DNA from: Octopus sinensis
Taxonomy: Eukaryota
Assembly (NCBI RefSeq): GCF_006345805.1
Contig: NC_043026.1
Location: 12,875,579 to 12,939,578, forward strand
Direction: 5' to 3'
DNA length: 64,000 nt
Shown here: piece after piece, positions 62,941 to 64,000 of the stretch
How positions within the stretch are numbered: position 1 is the first letter of the stretch
Layout of the letters: the number at the start of each line of letters is the position of its first letter
Program-made: the position numbers and the translations under genes
Notes under the pieces: generated by a model
Told to the model about the DNA's origin: nothing
The model's input: the letters and a program-made list of their open reading frames with translations, nothing else
The model's database searches: none

Positions 62941-64000
62941 AAGAATCGAAATTGACCGAAACAATAAAGTCAGGGGGCGGTGCATATATGTAAGAATACC
63001 GAGTTCAAATCCCGCTGAGGTCGAACTTGCCTTTCGTCCTTTTAAGCGCTGATAAAATAAATACCAGTTGAATGTTGGGGTAGATGTAACCGACTTTTGG
63101 CCCTCATGCTTTCCGAAATCCGTCGAAACTACACCTGATTATATATGCACGTTAGATGAGTTGTAGTGCACCTGAGCACTGTACACAATGTTTATTATTA
63201 TTATTATTATTTTCCCTTCTCTGATATTGCTGGCGTTGTGTCAAATTCTGAACCCGCAATATTCAGGAACATTTTTCCCAACACCTTTCTCATCCCCGTC
63301 TGTCTCCTCTCTAACGGTATCGATATTATTGAAAACAGTTTGTTTTACAAGTGTACAAGCGATTCACGTTCTCCTTATTATAATTTTCGAGCAATTCTTG
63401 AAGTTGGCAAACGTCTGAGTCAATTAATTACGGTTCAGTTTCTTGTCTTAGATATCACAGACTTCTGTTTGCAAGGGTGGATCAGATGTAACGAAGATAT
63501 AGTCTCTACTTACCAGTAGAATGTTTGATATAAAGTCCAAACAAAAAAGGAAGGAGGCCGAGGAAAGTTCATCGACTGATTTCTTGTTGATTAAAAGCCA
63601 TTTCCCCTTTTTCTGTAAAATAGGGGAAAACCAATTAACGACGTAAAGATGTGATTAAATTAAATAATTAACCAGGAAAGTGACGGAACACCGACCCTCA
63701 AACATGCAGTTGGCCCAGTTTTGTACACAAACAGTGAAGTTCTTCTTCCACATAAGATATAACCAGGCGTAACTCAAGGAAACACAAAGATTAGACGATT
63801 TCATTGATAATTTTCCAGAGTGTCAATGAGGCCGGTGACACATATTAAAAGTCCCCAACATAATATAATATTTCAGTTTCCGTCTACCAAATCCACTCAC
63901 AAGGCTTTGGTCGGCCCGAGGCTATAGCAGAAGACACTTGCCTAAGATGCCACGCAGTGAGACTGAACCCGGAACCATGTGGTTGGTAAGCAAGCTACTT

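Overview
Eukaryotic, AT-rich and repeat-dense DNA, most likely an octopus (coleoid cephalopod) tandem C2H2 zinc-finger gene cluster; the organism is inferred from the finger style and SINE content, not proven. The window holds seven long poly-C2H2 ORFs, labelled A 3865-5217, B 6954-8654, C 15084-16436, F 21931-23478, G 31359-32807, H 37085-38134, D 43784-44554 and E 53145-53999 (eight counting the promoterless copy A). It also holds an orphan finger block, a decayed ZNF exon, and a paralogue J whose finger array is replaced by an ORF with four 23-aa STPR-like repeats. The genes share a two-exon layout: a short non-coding exon 1, an intron, then one coding exon with a ~350-450 nt leader. Three different promoter/exon-1 cassettes can be recognised. 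There is a 5.4-kb direct duplication and an inverted F/G gene pair with homogenised flanks around a single promoter. Transposable elements include four SINE-like families, CR1 3' ends, a Penelope-like element, a Gypsy integrase remnant, Tc1, mariner, hAT, piggyBac-like, Merlin/Mutator-like MITEs and a Helentron-type element. A U6 snRNA retrocopy is fused to a LINE-type 3' tail. There is no prokaryotic system and no CRISPR array. All alignments were done by eye.
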